This document shows positions 49,331 to 62,261 of a stretch of 64,000 nucleotides of DNA, one piece after another. The translations under genes and the position numbers were made by a program. Position 1 is the stretch's first letter; each line of letters starts with the position of its first letter. The stretch covers positions 7,874,001 to 7,938,000 of the forward strand of contig NW_025963780.1 of assembly GCF_023055435.1 (NCBI RefSeq). Reading direction: 5' to 3'. The DNA comes from Haliotis rufescens (lineage: Eukaryota). The notes under the pieces were generated by a model that was given only the letters and a program-made list of their open reading frames with translations, was not told the origin of the DNA and did no database searches.

Positions 49331-50344
49331 TTATTACAGAAGCAGTGTCATGCATAATTAGTTCAAAACATCTGAACAAATGTTATATTAATAAGGCCTT
49401 ATTTTAGAATGACTACGGTCTTGAATGCCGCGCTTATCACAATATGTCTTATACATGGCTTTTAAAATACTGCTCACGACAGGAGTGCCCTTTAACATTT
49501 ACATGTACATTTACTCACTAGTTATGAGAAAGACTAAAAATACTGCTGACGTTGAACAAGCAATACAAGACAATTCACATATTCATATAATAAACATTCT
49601 ATATACACACAAAGTTAAAAAGTGATTTAGGAAAGAACAAATACAAATGACTTACATTAAAGTTAAAGTAAGAATAATGTAGAAAGTTTATAGAAAGTCC
49701 AAAGTTTATTACAGAGACACAGCGGGATTCGGAAAGCTCTGCCCCGCTCATATATTTCCAAAATGCTCTGATTGGTCGAACGGTATCTTTATTGTTAGAT
49801 TCAAAGCTACTTTAAGAAAGAAGTTAAGATATAATTTCTTTTTATGTGTTGTTCTCGGATTGAACAATGTTCACATACTCAACCTAATAAATATACATTG
49901 GAAGGGGACTTAACCTTAACCTTGATAAAAACAAGGAGTACATCGACATTGCAAGTTTAGGCACCCATTTGCTTGAGGGCTTGACTGTGAGACGTAGTGT
50001 CCACTCTAGTTGTACCTTTTCCCCCTGACACATGGTTATTTCAACAGTGACCCTGAATGTTGTCCAAAGCAAAGTAGTGTCACATTTTCAATATTTGAAA
50101 ACGCATCATTCAAATGTACATAATTGCGTTTGATGTCCAAATTTCCAGACAAAAAGAAAACTGAACTATGACATTTGTGTCAGCGCAAGTGACGTTGATT
50201 GAATTTATTCAGCCTTAGATTAAAAATATATTTTGCATTCATGAAATATGGAGTGTGCAGACGAAAAATTCCGAATATGCATAAGCCATGCACAATAATT
50301 GATATATACTTCCAAATGCAACTCAAATACGCTTCTTCATACAG

Positions 50345-50461
50345 GTGTGTCAGCGGTCGCCTAACAGTCCAGTTGAAAGGAACGTCATCTAGCGGTACTG
50401 TTTGTGGGAGGACATGGACCTCGGCAGAAACGGAAGTTGTCTGTGGCATGAAGGGATATCA
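50345..50461 (+). CDS. SRCR domain exon (N-terminal half)
   Basis: TACAG/GTATGT, phase 2-2. CVSGRLTVQL...GTVCGRTW...EVVCGMKGY matches the SRCR pattern GRLEV..GTVC..W...VVC..LGY. Confidence 0.85.
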
Positions 50462-51413
50462 GTATGTATTCAGATCCCTTAAACCAGGTGCATACACAGT
50501 CTAGTTATTCACCACTGATAATTTTACATTACACCACAGGTCGCACTATATATCTGCTAATATTTTATAATGGAACATTGGCACAACTACGCCGCTAGAT
50601 TCAATGGCGGCTGTTGAGAGATCTTGAAAATTGCAAACCACAAATCGCCAGAGAGAAATATTGCATTTGTTCTACATAATTTCTACACTACAACCACTGC
50701 TAGGTGAAAAGGGTTACATGACTGCCCCAATACTTTCCAGCATTCAGTTTCTCCGTGAAGAATCATCACTGAAAGGGGGACAAGACTGACCCTGTGGTCA
50801 AAGAAGCCGAACTTCTGTGTCCAGAGTAACGTCCCGAGTGTGTCAGTCAGTTACTTAGAGATGTATTCATGTATCTGACGTTATTTCGAGAGGTTCAAAT
50901 GTGGTCGATCTACATGTTGAAATACAATGTCTTATAAAACCCTTCAGCTGAATATAACACCGAATCATGTCTTCTTACACTACATGTACAGCATCAGAAG
51001 CCAATATAGGTTGCGTCAGATATGTTGGCATCATTACTTGAAAATAAACATATGTGTGTATGTGCTGAATTTTCGAAACGCGAGTCATAACATTTGAACA
51101 TCCAGTGTAAGTTTCCAAAAGCAGTGTGATTCACTGTAATAATCGCATTATTATCTATGACAGATGAAGAAAGGAAGCAGTGCCTTCTGTAAAGAGAAAC
51201 CCTGTGGAGAAACTGACATTATGCATATGACGTCAACAATGATGTCTGCGTTACCTCAACAACGCTTCGTATTGGCTTTTTATTTATACCAAAGCGATAT
51301 TTAAAATGGATACTATATCATGAGGTACAAATAATAAATAAGCTTACAACTAATAACTGAAATATGTATTTTCAAGTGTATATACTAACAACAACTGTGT
51401 CCAATGTATACAG

Positions 51414-51562
51414 ATATGGCGACTATTCGATGAGGGGCGGAGGATTAGGACCCATACATCTCGGTGACGTAACTTGTTTAACAGGGGCGAGGACTCTGAA
51501 TGAATGTCGACTGTCATCCATTGCAAATTGTTCTCATGACCACGACCTCTGGCTGACATGTT
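51414..51562 (+). CDS. SRCR domain exon (C-terminal half)
   Basis: TACAG/GTAAGA, phase 2-1. Translation GGGLGPIHLGDVTC.TGARTLNECR...NCSHDHDLWLTC. Confidence 0.87.
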
Positions 51563-51902
51563 GTAAGAGTAGAGTCACGTCTCCAGGTACGATGTACATG
51601 TGGATATGAACAGATTCTAAACAAATTACATATAGGTGTATGAGCTGTTTGTTCAAGATGTTGATATAAATAAGGTTAGCTCAGCATGATGATTGGTTTG
51701 AAGATCGATACAGACTTTGTTAAAGAGGCGAGGTGCATGCCAGTTAATAGTTCCAGGATTTTAATCGTTCAAAGCCTACTCAAATTGTTTAATGTCATTC
51801 AAATTGGCAGGTAATTAGTATATTAATTACACAGTGACAGTGCCAGTACATGAATTGCAGCTGATATACTGACACTGATATAGTTCCTGGTATTAGTTGT
51901 AG

Positions 51903-51947
51903 TTGAGACGGTGCCAACGACCACAACGACAAGCTCACCAACAGCAG
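51903..51947 (+). CDS. Thr/Ser-rich stalk exon
   Basis: TTGTAG/GTAACA, phase 1-1. Encodes FETVPTTTTTSSPTA. Confidence 0.75.
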
Positions 51948-52313
51948 GTAACAGTGTTATTAATATGGCAGAAGAATATATCTTACACACTGTAATTATT
52001 ATGTCATCACCATAACGAAAATTGAGAAAGTTAGTTCGTGAATATCTTGGATATGAGGCATCGTTGTATTACAACATTTACAGACGCCTGTAGGTAGGGG
52101 AAAGGGGTAAAGGTGAATTTATATGTTGGAACATTAAATGAAGAATCTAACGAATGTGTGAACATCTTTAAACGTGAGATGTTGGTGTGTTCTTTTTCAT
52201 ACTAATAATTATTATTTACATAAAAACACAGTTGATTCTTCTCCTAAGTGAAGTAAACATAAGTTTAGTACTGCAAATACACAAAAAAACCTCAGTTTCC
52301 TGCTCCTCAACAG

Positions 52314-52400
52314 CAGAACCGAATGACCAGTGCAAGAACACAGTGATCCCTGTCGCCGCGGTTGGCGGCGCCCTCCTCCTCACTACCACCGGCCTGGCAA
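52314..52400 (+). CDS. Transmembrane exon (first part)
   Basis: CAACAG acceptor (NAGNAG) and GTTAGT donor, phase 1-1. Encodes AEPNDQCKNTVIPVAAVGGALLLTTTGLA. Confidence 0.78.
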
Positions 52401-52776
52401 GTTAGTACTTCTTTCGCGTCCGACAATCGTATTCTCGCGGGACATCCCGATCATGCTACAGCTATTCATTAACGTCCCTTCGGAAAATTCGCTGAGATTT
52501 CTGTTTGGTTCTGTGGAGTTTCGAGAGTCGTGATCCTCATTCAGTCAATACTATCACTTATTAGGGGTGAAAATCACATTCACTACGGTTAATAAGTCTT
52601 GTTAATGGGTTGGTTACAAGTAAACAAGTAAGACTTTAATATTTAATCTTACACAGAGCATAATTACTGTCATACAACTAAAACAGTGGCGTTGAAACCC
52701 CGATAGGTATTTACGTTAAATGAACAGTGGTTAAATATTTCCTACTGTTGAATTTAAATGCAGTCTCATGTTTCAG

Positions 52777-52830
52777 GCATCTTGCTCCGTGAAAAATGCA
52801 GTGCATGCAGTTCGTGCGGTTCCTGTGAAG
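52777..52830 (+). CDS. TM end plus Cys-rich juxtamembrane exon
   Basis: TTTCAG/GTATTT, phase 1-1. SILLREKCSACSSCGSCE completes the hydrophobic helix. Confidence 0.7.
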
Positions 52831-52870
52831 GTATTTACGTATTACGTTTGGGTTGTAGCACAGATGACAC

Positions 52871-53396
52871 CATCTTCCCAGGCAAGGCAGTTAACTGACT
52901 ATAAAAGTCCAGTTTCCAACCTCGCCGAACTCGGCTGGAAATTCGTGTCTCGATCGTAGAGGCACCAGTGGCAGTTACGAGTTATGTTCTTCTTCTATGT
53001 CCCTCCTATTGACCAATCAGATTCCACCTCTCCTTTCACGTGCATTTTCTTCAAACAAAATGGCGGCGCCTAGTCCAGACGATCCGATCGATAATCAAGA
53101 TCTTTATTGCAATAAAATGGGTCTTACCTAGCGAAAGACATTAAATCACTTGAGCACCTTGATTAAACACATGAAAACATCTGTCGGTCCCCCAGTTGAC
53201 AGTACACATGCTCTTTAAATCATGCAATCGATCAAAATCTGCACGGCAGTCGCCATATTGTTTATCCGCGATTTTGATTGGATTATACATAAAATCGTTA
53301 GTCCAGCCAAAATGTAACTCCATAATTCCCGCCTAGTTCGGCAAGGGTGTAAACTGGACTTTTACAATCAGTTAACTCCTTTGCCTCGGGAAGATG
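52871..53396. mobile_element. MITE with ~75-bp imperfect TIRs
   Basis: CATCTTCCC..GGCAA..AGTTAACTGA.T.TAAAAGTCCAGTTT...GCCGAACT occurs at both ends in inverted orientation. Confidence 0.75.
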
Positions 53397-56261
53397 AGAT
53401 GACACAACCTAGACCAACTAGCTAACTAACACGTCCCCTTCGTCGCGATTCTCATGCAAACAGACTGCCTCCATAGTCTGGTGGATAAGAGCGTCCGTCA
53501 GGAGAGCGGAAGATCGGTGGTTCGATTTCAGTCCGAGGTAAAAGATGGTACTTGTTGTTGCCCTCCCTGGGACTCGGTATTGGTCGACCGGATACGATGG
53601 GTTGGCTATCACTTATCACAACTTGAAGGCACCCCTTGTCAACTAGATCTCGTCCGATTGAAACGTTATTCCCCTGGTAATACATATGGTAATAGGTATA
53701 TTCATATATAGTTACAATATACATATGTGATTTTTAAATGCATTATTCTATTCTATCGACTTAATCGATTCACGTCAATGTCACGGTATATGTAAAAAAA
53801 GACAGGTAAACGGGAATTCGAGAAGCACTGTGATATGAAAATAGTAATGCCAGATTCATCGATTGAAAAGAGATGATACTAAACGATAACTGCATATATT
53901 GCAAATGCCTGCTGGACAAAAACATATAGAGATGTGGTTTTCTAGTCATTCCTTTGACTTTGGACAACACGTTTAAGTCCAGACGCTAAAAACCTAGGCC
54001 ACAATGGCCACAGTAATCACTTTTTGAAAAGGCGAAATTTGGCTTTCCGTTCTTCCTTGATCTACCTCTTTAGGTCACCGTTACGGCGTTACTTGACACT
54101 GGCGTTTGTACTGACGAATGTATTGCAGAACTCACGTAAGTGAGGTTTCTTCAAGTTACCGTAGTGTAAGACTACTTCTGCTGTGCCAGAGAGAATCAAA
54201 TACAGTTCTCCATGGTTATAATGACACATTTCGTCCAGTGGAACATATGGCATTATAACCAGGATAGCTCACCATAATTTTCAACAGTAATATTAATGAT
54301 GATAATTATAATGACAAGAAAAGTCTTACAGTATAAGGATGTTCACATGCCAAATTTGCATTCTCCAAAATGCGGTATTTTCAGGCATGGAATTTAGGCA
54401 TATAAATCCGCTATTTTTCAATGTTTACCAGTAATCACTCCTCGTGAACATGCAACGAAAGCTAATCAGAGGCGCAAAGATGGCAAATAGTCGGGGTTAT
54501 CCTTCAAAACTATGGGCCTCAACTGGGCTATCATTACACTGTAATCAGCCAGCCGACTGGTGTTTCGATTAGTACGACATCCATTTACAACGAGTCACGT
54601 ATTTGCAACGAATCCTGAATGGCTACTCTATCGACATCGTCACCAAACGTCCCTGTCAGCAGATTATCACCAGAGGTTCCGTTTCACATGATGTTTAGCA
54701 CAAGGAGCATGGAATCTGAGAACCTGGCGGAAAATCCATTTTGTAAGAAGAAAGCAGATTCCTGCATGATGTCACAGATGGAGGACTGAGGGCGGCTTGG
54801 AGGCACAGAGATATGGTATATACACCTAGGAACATCAGACCCTTATGAGGGTGTCTCGGTAATGGTGTGGGGATGTATCTCACACAATTGCAAGATGGCC
54901 CTGGTCACCAAACAAGACAACCTGACAGGTAACCAGTACATCCGAGATGTCTTGGAAACAGTTGTTATCCCCCAAATCCGCAACCACTCGCTCGCCTCAA
55001 GACATCGGTTTAAGGATAGGTTTAAGACCCCATAGTTCGTTGGCAGTGACAACCTACCTCCAAAATAATTCCTTGGTGATTTAGATCCACCATGCGGGCA
55101 ACACTTGTAAAAAAACAAATACGCCCCAGGGCGCATTCATTTATAATCAAAGATCATGTTTTGAAAAAAATAACAGTAACTAATAAAAGCGCGACAAAGC
55201 GACAGCGCAACATTTTGATGAAATGCTAAATATTGAAAATATGCAGAAATAAATATAAGCGGGACAAGGCGACATTTGGTGAAGTTTAGTTGGCTGAATT
55301 TGAACTGGCTCTTCATCCTGAGGAAACAAACTGAATTGGACCACATTTGGCTATTGTGTTTTAAGTATGTCAGTGTCTTAGTATTTGCATAAGCATTCGT
55401 AATAATAAGGTCAGCTGTCTTTCATTTTCATTTGAAATGGCTTTCACCCCGGAAATAGACTGAATTGACCTGAGGGTTTAAAAGTTTAATATATGTATGT
55501 ATACCTGTCCGTATTGATTTCGAATACTTTGAATTCTCAATGTGTGTATATATATCAGCGGTCCCGTTCGAGCACAGTAGGCCAGTTTGCACAGTATGTC
55601 ATCCACAAGTATTATAGAAATCGTTTGTCAGTGCATGCATCTGAGCCACAGGCCTATATACAGCAAATGACAGAATACGGAATACGAAAGTAATATACTA
55701 CAGTGCATGTAAAAAGTTTGTAACACACATTGCACGATACAATACTGTAGACTTAATGGGTTTGTTTGTAAGTATAAAATAAATCATCTAAATGTAAGCT
55801 GAAACGGAAAAAGTAACTGTGCTTGATGAAACGTGATGTCAATGTTATGTTATTGAAAATAACAACATAATACTTGGACATTCTTCTGATCAACGTTCTA
55901 CCATAACACAATCATTGACGTTTCTTTGCATAGGGTAGAACATGGCCTCGTCCCGGTAGCATACACAATTAAAGAGATGCGTTCTCACGGGAGTTGTGAT
56001 GCCACCCCATACATTACATTTCCACCCACAAACTGACGTTGAGTAACGCAAGCGTCGCCAAAACGTTCTCAAAAGCGCCTGTAAAACCTTGCATCAGAGC
56101 TGACCATCAGAGCTGTCCAGATGAACCCTGGACTAATCTGTCTCTCCGTCCCTGTAACATATTACTTTCCTATTCGCCGAGCCCTTTCGGTAATGCAAAG
56201 CCCTAAGTGAAGCAAGTATGTATTTTCCTCAGGTTCAGGGTGTGTAATCATCTTCAACTTG

Positions 56262-56520
56262 CCCTGAAGGGACCCGGGGTAGAATGGTTTCCAGCACCCC
56301 ATTGCTTGTCGTAAAAGGCGAGCGAAGGGGGCAACATGTTGGCCGTGGGTTGCGCCCCTGTGTCGGTGAAGGACGGGGGTCTGGTGGATGAGGAAACTCT
56401 TCCTTTGCCAAATACACCACTTCGATCCTTACTTGACCTAGACGAGTGGTAGGATGAGCCCGGTCCTGTTAATGGACTGGTCATACCAGGCCCTGGGCAC
56501 TTGATATTGTATTTGTACAG
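56262..56520 (+). mobile_element. LINE 5'UTR fragment (Nimb-like)
   Basis: GGGGTAGAAT...CACCCCATTGCTTGTCGTAAAAGGCGA...CCCCTGTGTCGGTGAAGGACGGG is homologous to 41740-41812 and 18150-18270. Confidence 0.8.
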
Positions 56521-57639
56521 TTCTGACTTTTGATTTTACTTTTCTATTTTAGGTCAAAACATTTATGTAACAAGTCTTAAATTTTAATTGTAAAATATGT
56601 CAATTGCGTAGAGTCGTATGCTCATGAGCCAATCTAGTGGATTGATATATTTTTAGTTAATCTGCATGAGTAAACCATTCCAGTATCCTTGGTGCTGCCA
56701 GCTGGAGATTCACTGGCTTACAACATTGTCCCTGTGATACACAATGGCGGGTGGGAAGCTGGGATAGTGAACTATTTACATCTACACAATGGCACAACCA
56801 CCCCCCCACCCCCCACCCCCCAAAAAAAAAACATCCCCTGTTGTAAAAAATGCCAAAAAATAGTTGATTACTCAAAAACTTCATATCATGTACCAAAGGG
56901 TCACTATGACCCTGTACAGATATTTAAAATAAATATATTTAAACTTTTTAGGACTTGAATTGCTCACCTCATCCTCATGGGCGCAACAGGAATAAGTCAC
57001 CGCGAAATGGGAGAAATAAATCTCCTGTTCATCCACCAGTGACATGTAATTGAACATTTCAAATCCACTGGTTCGGTGGAATGGTAGAGGTCTCAGGACC
57101 AATTTTAATGAGCAACTTTTATTAATACAAATTATACGCCGTCAACAATCTGTCTCCAGCAGACATGTATGTCAAACAGACGGACAACCTTGATTTGTGA
57201 CAGTACAGTTCCTTCTATTCATCTTCTCCATGGGTTTTAAAGCTACTGTTTTGTTGAGGCAGGTAGTGATCCACGGCCCCGTTTCACTTCATACCAATCT
57301 GCCAGCTGTCCCAGTACGACTGATTTGGCACATTACAGTTACACTGTGCTCTCTATATATTTCTCATTCTGTAATTCAGTGATCGGATCTTCAATCTCTA
57401 AATGACCAGCACCCTGAGCCCTGCGTGATCATGATTTAAACCTGCCACACCTCCGATTCATGTTTGGAGACGCTTGGAGACATATTTGAATAGATCTGAA
57501 AATCAGGGAATTTTGCTCCTTTGTGGCGTAATGCAATATTCAATCTCATCAGTCACATTCAATGTGGTTTCTGTAAGCATTGAAGTACCAGTGACCGTCT
57601 GGTACATTTAGAATCTTTGTAAAAAATGCAATTGTAAAT

Positions 57640-60009
57640 AAACAACATGCTGTGTCAATCTTTTTCGATTTAGAGCATTATAATGTCTGACCATTATAAT
57701 CAGAAAGTATGATCATAATGATCATGATCAAGGTGTCCCGCAAGGCATTTTGTCTGTCATAGTAAACAACTCGATAGACTTTACAAGGTTTAAAATGATT
57801 CAATTGATGGTCTCTTGAAATGTATTTAAGTTTGCAAAAGCCAAGACCAAGTATATTCATTTTTGCAGGACATACAAGCACCATAAATATTCTGAACTCT
57901 TCTTGGAAGGCACTCCTATCAGGGTTGTTGAGGGTGCCAAATTCCTTCGACTCATCTTCGATCATCATTGACTTTGCGTACACACATTATCTATCTTAAA
58001 ACTAAATGCCTGAAGGCTCTAGATATCTTGATTGACGTTGCGAATACAAAGTTGGAAGGTGACAGACAACCCTCCTCCACTCTAAATTAGGATGTGTCTC
58101 AATTATATGGTGGAGCCTGTAAGAGCATTTAACCAAAAATAGATTAAGATCACCATTAGGGACTAAGATTATGTGTACAGTCCATTCACCTGTGCACTCA
58201 CAAAGAACCCACTCATCTGATGGTAGTTGACAAGATGGTGGAAACAAAAGTGTCAAAACCTGTGGTGTCACACCGGGCATGTGCCTCTGTTCACCCAGCA
58301 TGGAATGGGTACCCCATATGTGAGATAGATGTAAAAACCCTCCAGCACCCGTAGCCAACTTGGATTGTTTACTTACCCAGGGAGTTAGGCATGGTAACTG
58401 GAATGCAAACAAATCCCATGGTCGGGGAACAAATAAATCACATTTGTGCAGATACTGGTACCTGGATAAGTGTGGTACATTAATGTGTAAAATAATAAAA
58501 TAATATAGTCGATGTCTTGGCGCATTTCAAACATCTCCTGTTTATCGCCTGTATGTTTAAGGTGGTGAACTTTCTTTGAAGCAACGCCGTATCAATACAT
58601 TACTAAATTGCATTCTAACCAATTAAACCCTACATACAACTGTGTCTTTAAACCCCCTTATGAACAACTGTTTCACAGTAAGCCTAAGCTTGGCCCACCA
58701 CTAGGCATTCGGATTAAACCCCACATTACAGATGCCAATATTGATTTAGGTATTATTTCTCCTTTCAGGCTTATGTATTCTCCTCCTTTGCAATTATCAG
58801 ACCTGACGTTGGCTTCACTCTAGACACAAATCAATATATCAACAAGAATATATACAGGTTAGAAATATATATTAATCCCTGTGGATATACACTGATGGAT
58901 CCACGAATCCTATCACCAACGCTGCTGGTTACTTGATCCATATCCACAGCTCTAAACCCCAAGATGATCAGTCAGTATTCACTGCTGAATTTGAGGCAAT
59001 TCATCATGCACCCAAACTCATACTGGAACTTCCAGAAGCAAAGGCAGTCGTCCTATGAAACTCGCTAAGTGCACTTCAAGCCATCAGCGGCAGCAACTCA
59101 AACTCAAGGCCCAACACAGTCAATAATATTCTATACGAATATACAAACCTATCGGACCAAGGGTAACAGGTGTATCTGTGTTGGATCCCCTCTCACATAA
59201 ATATTCCTGTTGACCTACTGGATATAAGGGGGGGGGGGGGGGGGGGGGGATTCTGTTTGGATGTCTGGTGACCTACTGGATATAAGGTGTGAGTGTATTC
59301 TGTATGGATGTCTGTTGACCTACTGGACATAAGGTGTGAGTGTTTTCTGTATGATGTCCGGTGACCTACTGGATATAAGGTGTGAAGGTTTTCTGTATGG
59401 ATGTCCGGTGAATAGACAAAGCGGAGATACAGCCTATTCCCTTTAGTAAACTAGAGATAAAAAGCAAAATCAAAGCCTCTATAGCTCAAAGATGGCTGTA
59501 CAAAATTCAACCCAAGATCCAACAAAAGCCAAACTCATACTCAAATGAAAGGAAAGTTGAATCTGCCATTTCACGCCTCATACTCGGTCACACAAAGCGC
59601 TAGGACAAGGTTTGTTTATCTTGCAATCAGGCTGAATCCATTGCTCACTTGTTATTAGAATGTCAAGACCACTCCCTATCCAAGCTCGGTTTAAACAAGA
59701 ATTGCAGTTTGATCCGCTATCGCCTAAAGCCAATAGGTGCAAAAGCGAAGGCCAAACTAACTCTATTTCTGAGAGATGGACAGCTTCTCGAACGTATATA
59801 AACATAGCAGCCAAATATAGAAATGAAATTATATCAATATACGAAAATAGAAATCATATAATTAAGAAACCCAGAAATTATGTGAATACCAAACTCGCAA
59901 TAGATATGTGTACCCTACTCTCACACGTGAGTCCGAAAGGGGGACAGGTCAGTCGAAATTGCTAAGGCAGAAGGCGACCTCTTAAACACTTAAAGCAACA
60001 ACAACAACA
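57640..60009 (+). mobile_element. Decayed LINE ORF2 / RNase H fragments and a 3' end with a (CAA)n tail
   Basis: Remnants KFLRLIFD, YTDGS, SVFTAEFEAI and LCWIPSH, and a (CAA)n tail at ~59996-60009. Probably a mosaic of more than one insertion. Confidence 0.65.
59206..59411. repeat. 47-bp minisatellite (4 copies), one with a poly-G expansion
   Basis: GACCTACTGGATATAAGG recurs at 59212, 59270, 59317 and 59363. Confidence 0.88.
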
Positions 60010-62206
60010 GTTAAACAACCTCCAAGAAAAGACCGATCAGGCTGGGCGCCGGCCCGAAAATTGAAATAGCGCAGCGTAACAACACCGGGAGCACGTTTTG
60101 GGGGACAATTTTGCTTGCCGATTTTTATCATCTGTTTTACGCTATTTCCGTTTTTTCAAGTTTAAGTTTAGTCAAACATTGGTAATTAAATATGTCATAA
60201 AGTATTAAAAAAAGTTGTTGTGTTGACATTATTTGCCCTTTAAGTTTCAAAATATGTCTGTTAGAAAATAGTATAAGAAAATGGGAGGCCTGGACTGGGC
60301 CACATTTGGTGGCAGCATCACTCTGGTTAGTCTCCCATTAGTTACACGACCCATTTGTCACACACCTCTATATTCCCAGTTGTTACACAACCTGGGAGGA
60401 GGCCAGGAGGGATTTAATTAAGACAACACCTTCTGAGTAATGGACCAGTCCTAACTGGAGTATATACGATTACCACAGAGACCAAGGTATACATACTGAT
60501 TGCAAAGCTTGAGTTTTAGCAAAAAGGTTATTGTGAAATGTTATGATACTAAGACTTTTTAAAAGGCTACTAATCTGTATTAAATGTATGGTTAATCTGT
60601 CCATATATGAAACAGTAAGATATTCTTTGGTAAATTATTTGTTAACGTATTTATTTTATTTTACTAGAGTCAGGTCTGTAATCTAATTATTCAATTAAGT
60701 TATCCTGGGTATATAGGGGTTGGGGGTGTTCACACTGTGCCGAAAGCTATTGTTTAGGGTAATTTAGCTGATCTACCGTGCTAATCCCTTCAACAATAGA
60801 ATGATTAAAATGGGGATTATCGTGACGGCTGGTTCTGGTTCATTGGAGAAAGAGCACTGAACGAAATTATACTATAATTGACAAGATTCTTCATGTTTGT
60901 CAGGAATTCGTCAACAACGATCTTGGTGTTAGCAGGCATGTGGTTGTGAATATCTCTGTATGATGTTATCATTCCTTCAGAGTTGTTGATGGTTGCAGGT
61001 CATCCGGCCTTGCAACATCTCCAGTGTACCTTGGCAACTCTTCTACTCTTAACCGTAAATGTTTCACCCTGGTAACAAAGGTTCTGACCACCTTGGGAAT
61101 TTGTAATAAACTGAACATTCACTTGTACATTCGCCAATTAATGTGAAATAATCTGCCGGCACAGTGTGAACAAACCAGGGCTTGGTTTCATTAGCTTGTG
61201 TCATAACCATGGCGGGTTTAAGGTTAGTAGAGTATTAACATCGCAGCGAGGCAAACTTAAGGTTACTTGTACAACCACTCGACAGATTTGTCAACATTGG
61301 AGATGCATCCATAAAGCTCGACAATGCGACCATGCGGCAACTCAACTGACGGTCAAATGTCACACTGTGGCATTTATTTTTTGACACACTTTGCTTTTGT
61401 TTTTGTAAGGGCGACAATACGTCAATGTGCCTTCTAGGGTTCCATACATAAATTATTACCCGCATCCGATAAACAAGAACGATGGCAGGTTTGTTTGTAA
61501 ACACTGAAAATGGTACCTCCCTGGCATTATTTATTTGCATATATCCGTAAATGACCCCAACGCATACCGTTTTTGTCCGTTGGTATTATTCTCCCGAGAA
61601 ACTACTTAATACATGATAAAGAAATACATCTTCTACAAATCATTGTGATTTGCAACATTTCTTTTTGTGCATTGTTACAGCAAACAATGCACGGAATATC
61701 TATCATGCATTCTATCTTTTCCAGGGTGCAATTTGGGGAGTTTGACGTGCAACAACGAAGGTACGCACAAATAAGAGCACCTGTAACGTGAATCAGTATA
61801 TAAATGCTTTTCTGATGATGAGCATAATTGTATTGCCTGCTTATGTACGAAACAAAGGGAAGAAAATCTCTTTCGTCGGTAAAAGTGGCTTTAACTTTGT
61901 TTATTGCGCCAGGCGCGATTTACTGTGATGTCGGGTCCTGACAGAACTCCTATTACCCTATATAAATCAAAGGCAAAGTAAATTGATAATGGTCGATATA
62001 GAACGGTTTCCGAAAGTTACCTAAATGAGGTTATTATTTAACGTTCACACTGCACATACATGTACATCTCGTCACGTTTATGCGACCGAGCCATTAGTTG
62101 GTCATTATGAAGGTTATATCAGATGGCCTGTATCTGTCCTCAGGATATGAAGATATAATTACTGAACATCCCAGTTACTATTGTGCCGCCATGCTTTCTG
62201 TTTCAG

Positions 62207-62261
62207 GGGAAAACTCTTTGTGCGCTTGTCGTAGTAACAGAGTTGGTGATAGCAATAGCGG
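62207..62261 (+). CDS. Probable signal-peptide exon of a second gene
   Basis: TTTCAG/GTATGT, phase 0-1. GKTLCALVVVTELVIAIA is hydrophobic. Confidence 0.55.

Noticed and set aside
56270-56335. HDV-like ribozyme in the GTCGTAAAAGGCGA...GCGAAGGGGG motif
   Set aside because: Too few nucleotides between the putative P2 strands to hold P3, L3, P1' and P4.
60356-60795. Solo LTR (TG...CA)
   Set aside because: No TSD, PBS or PPT could be identified.
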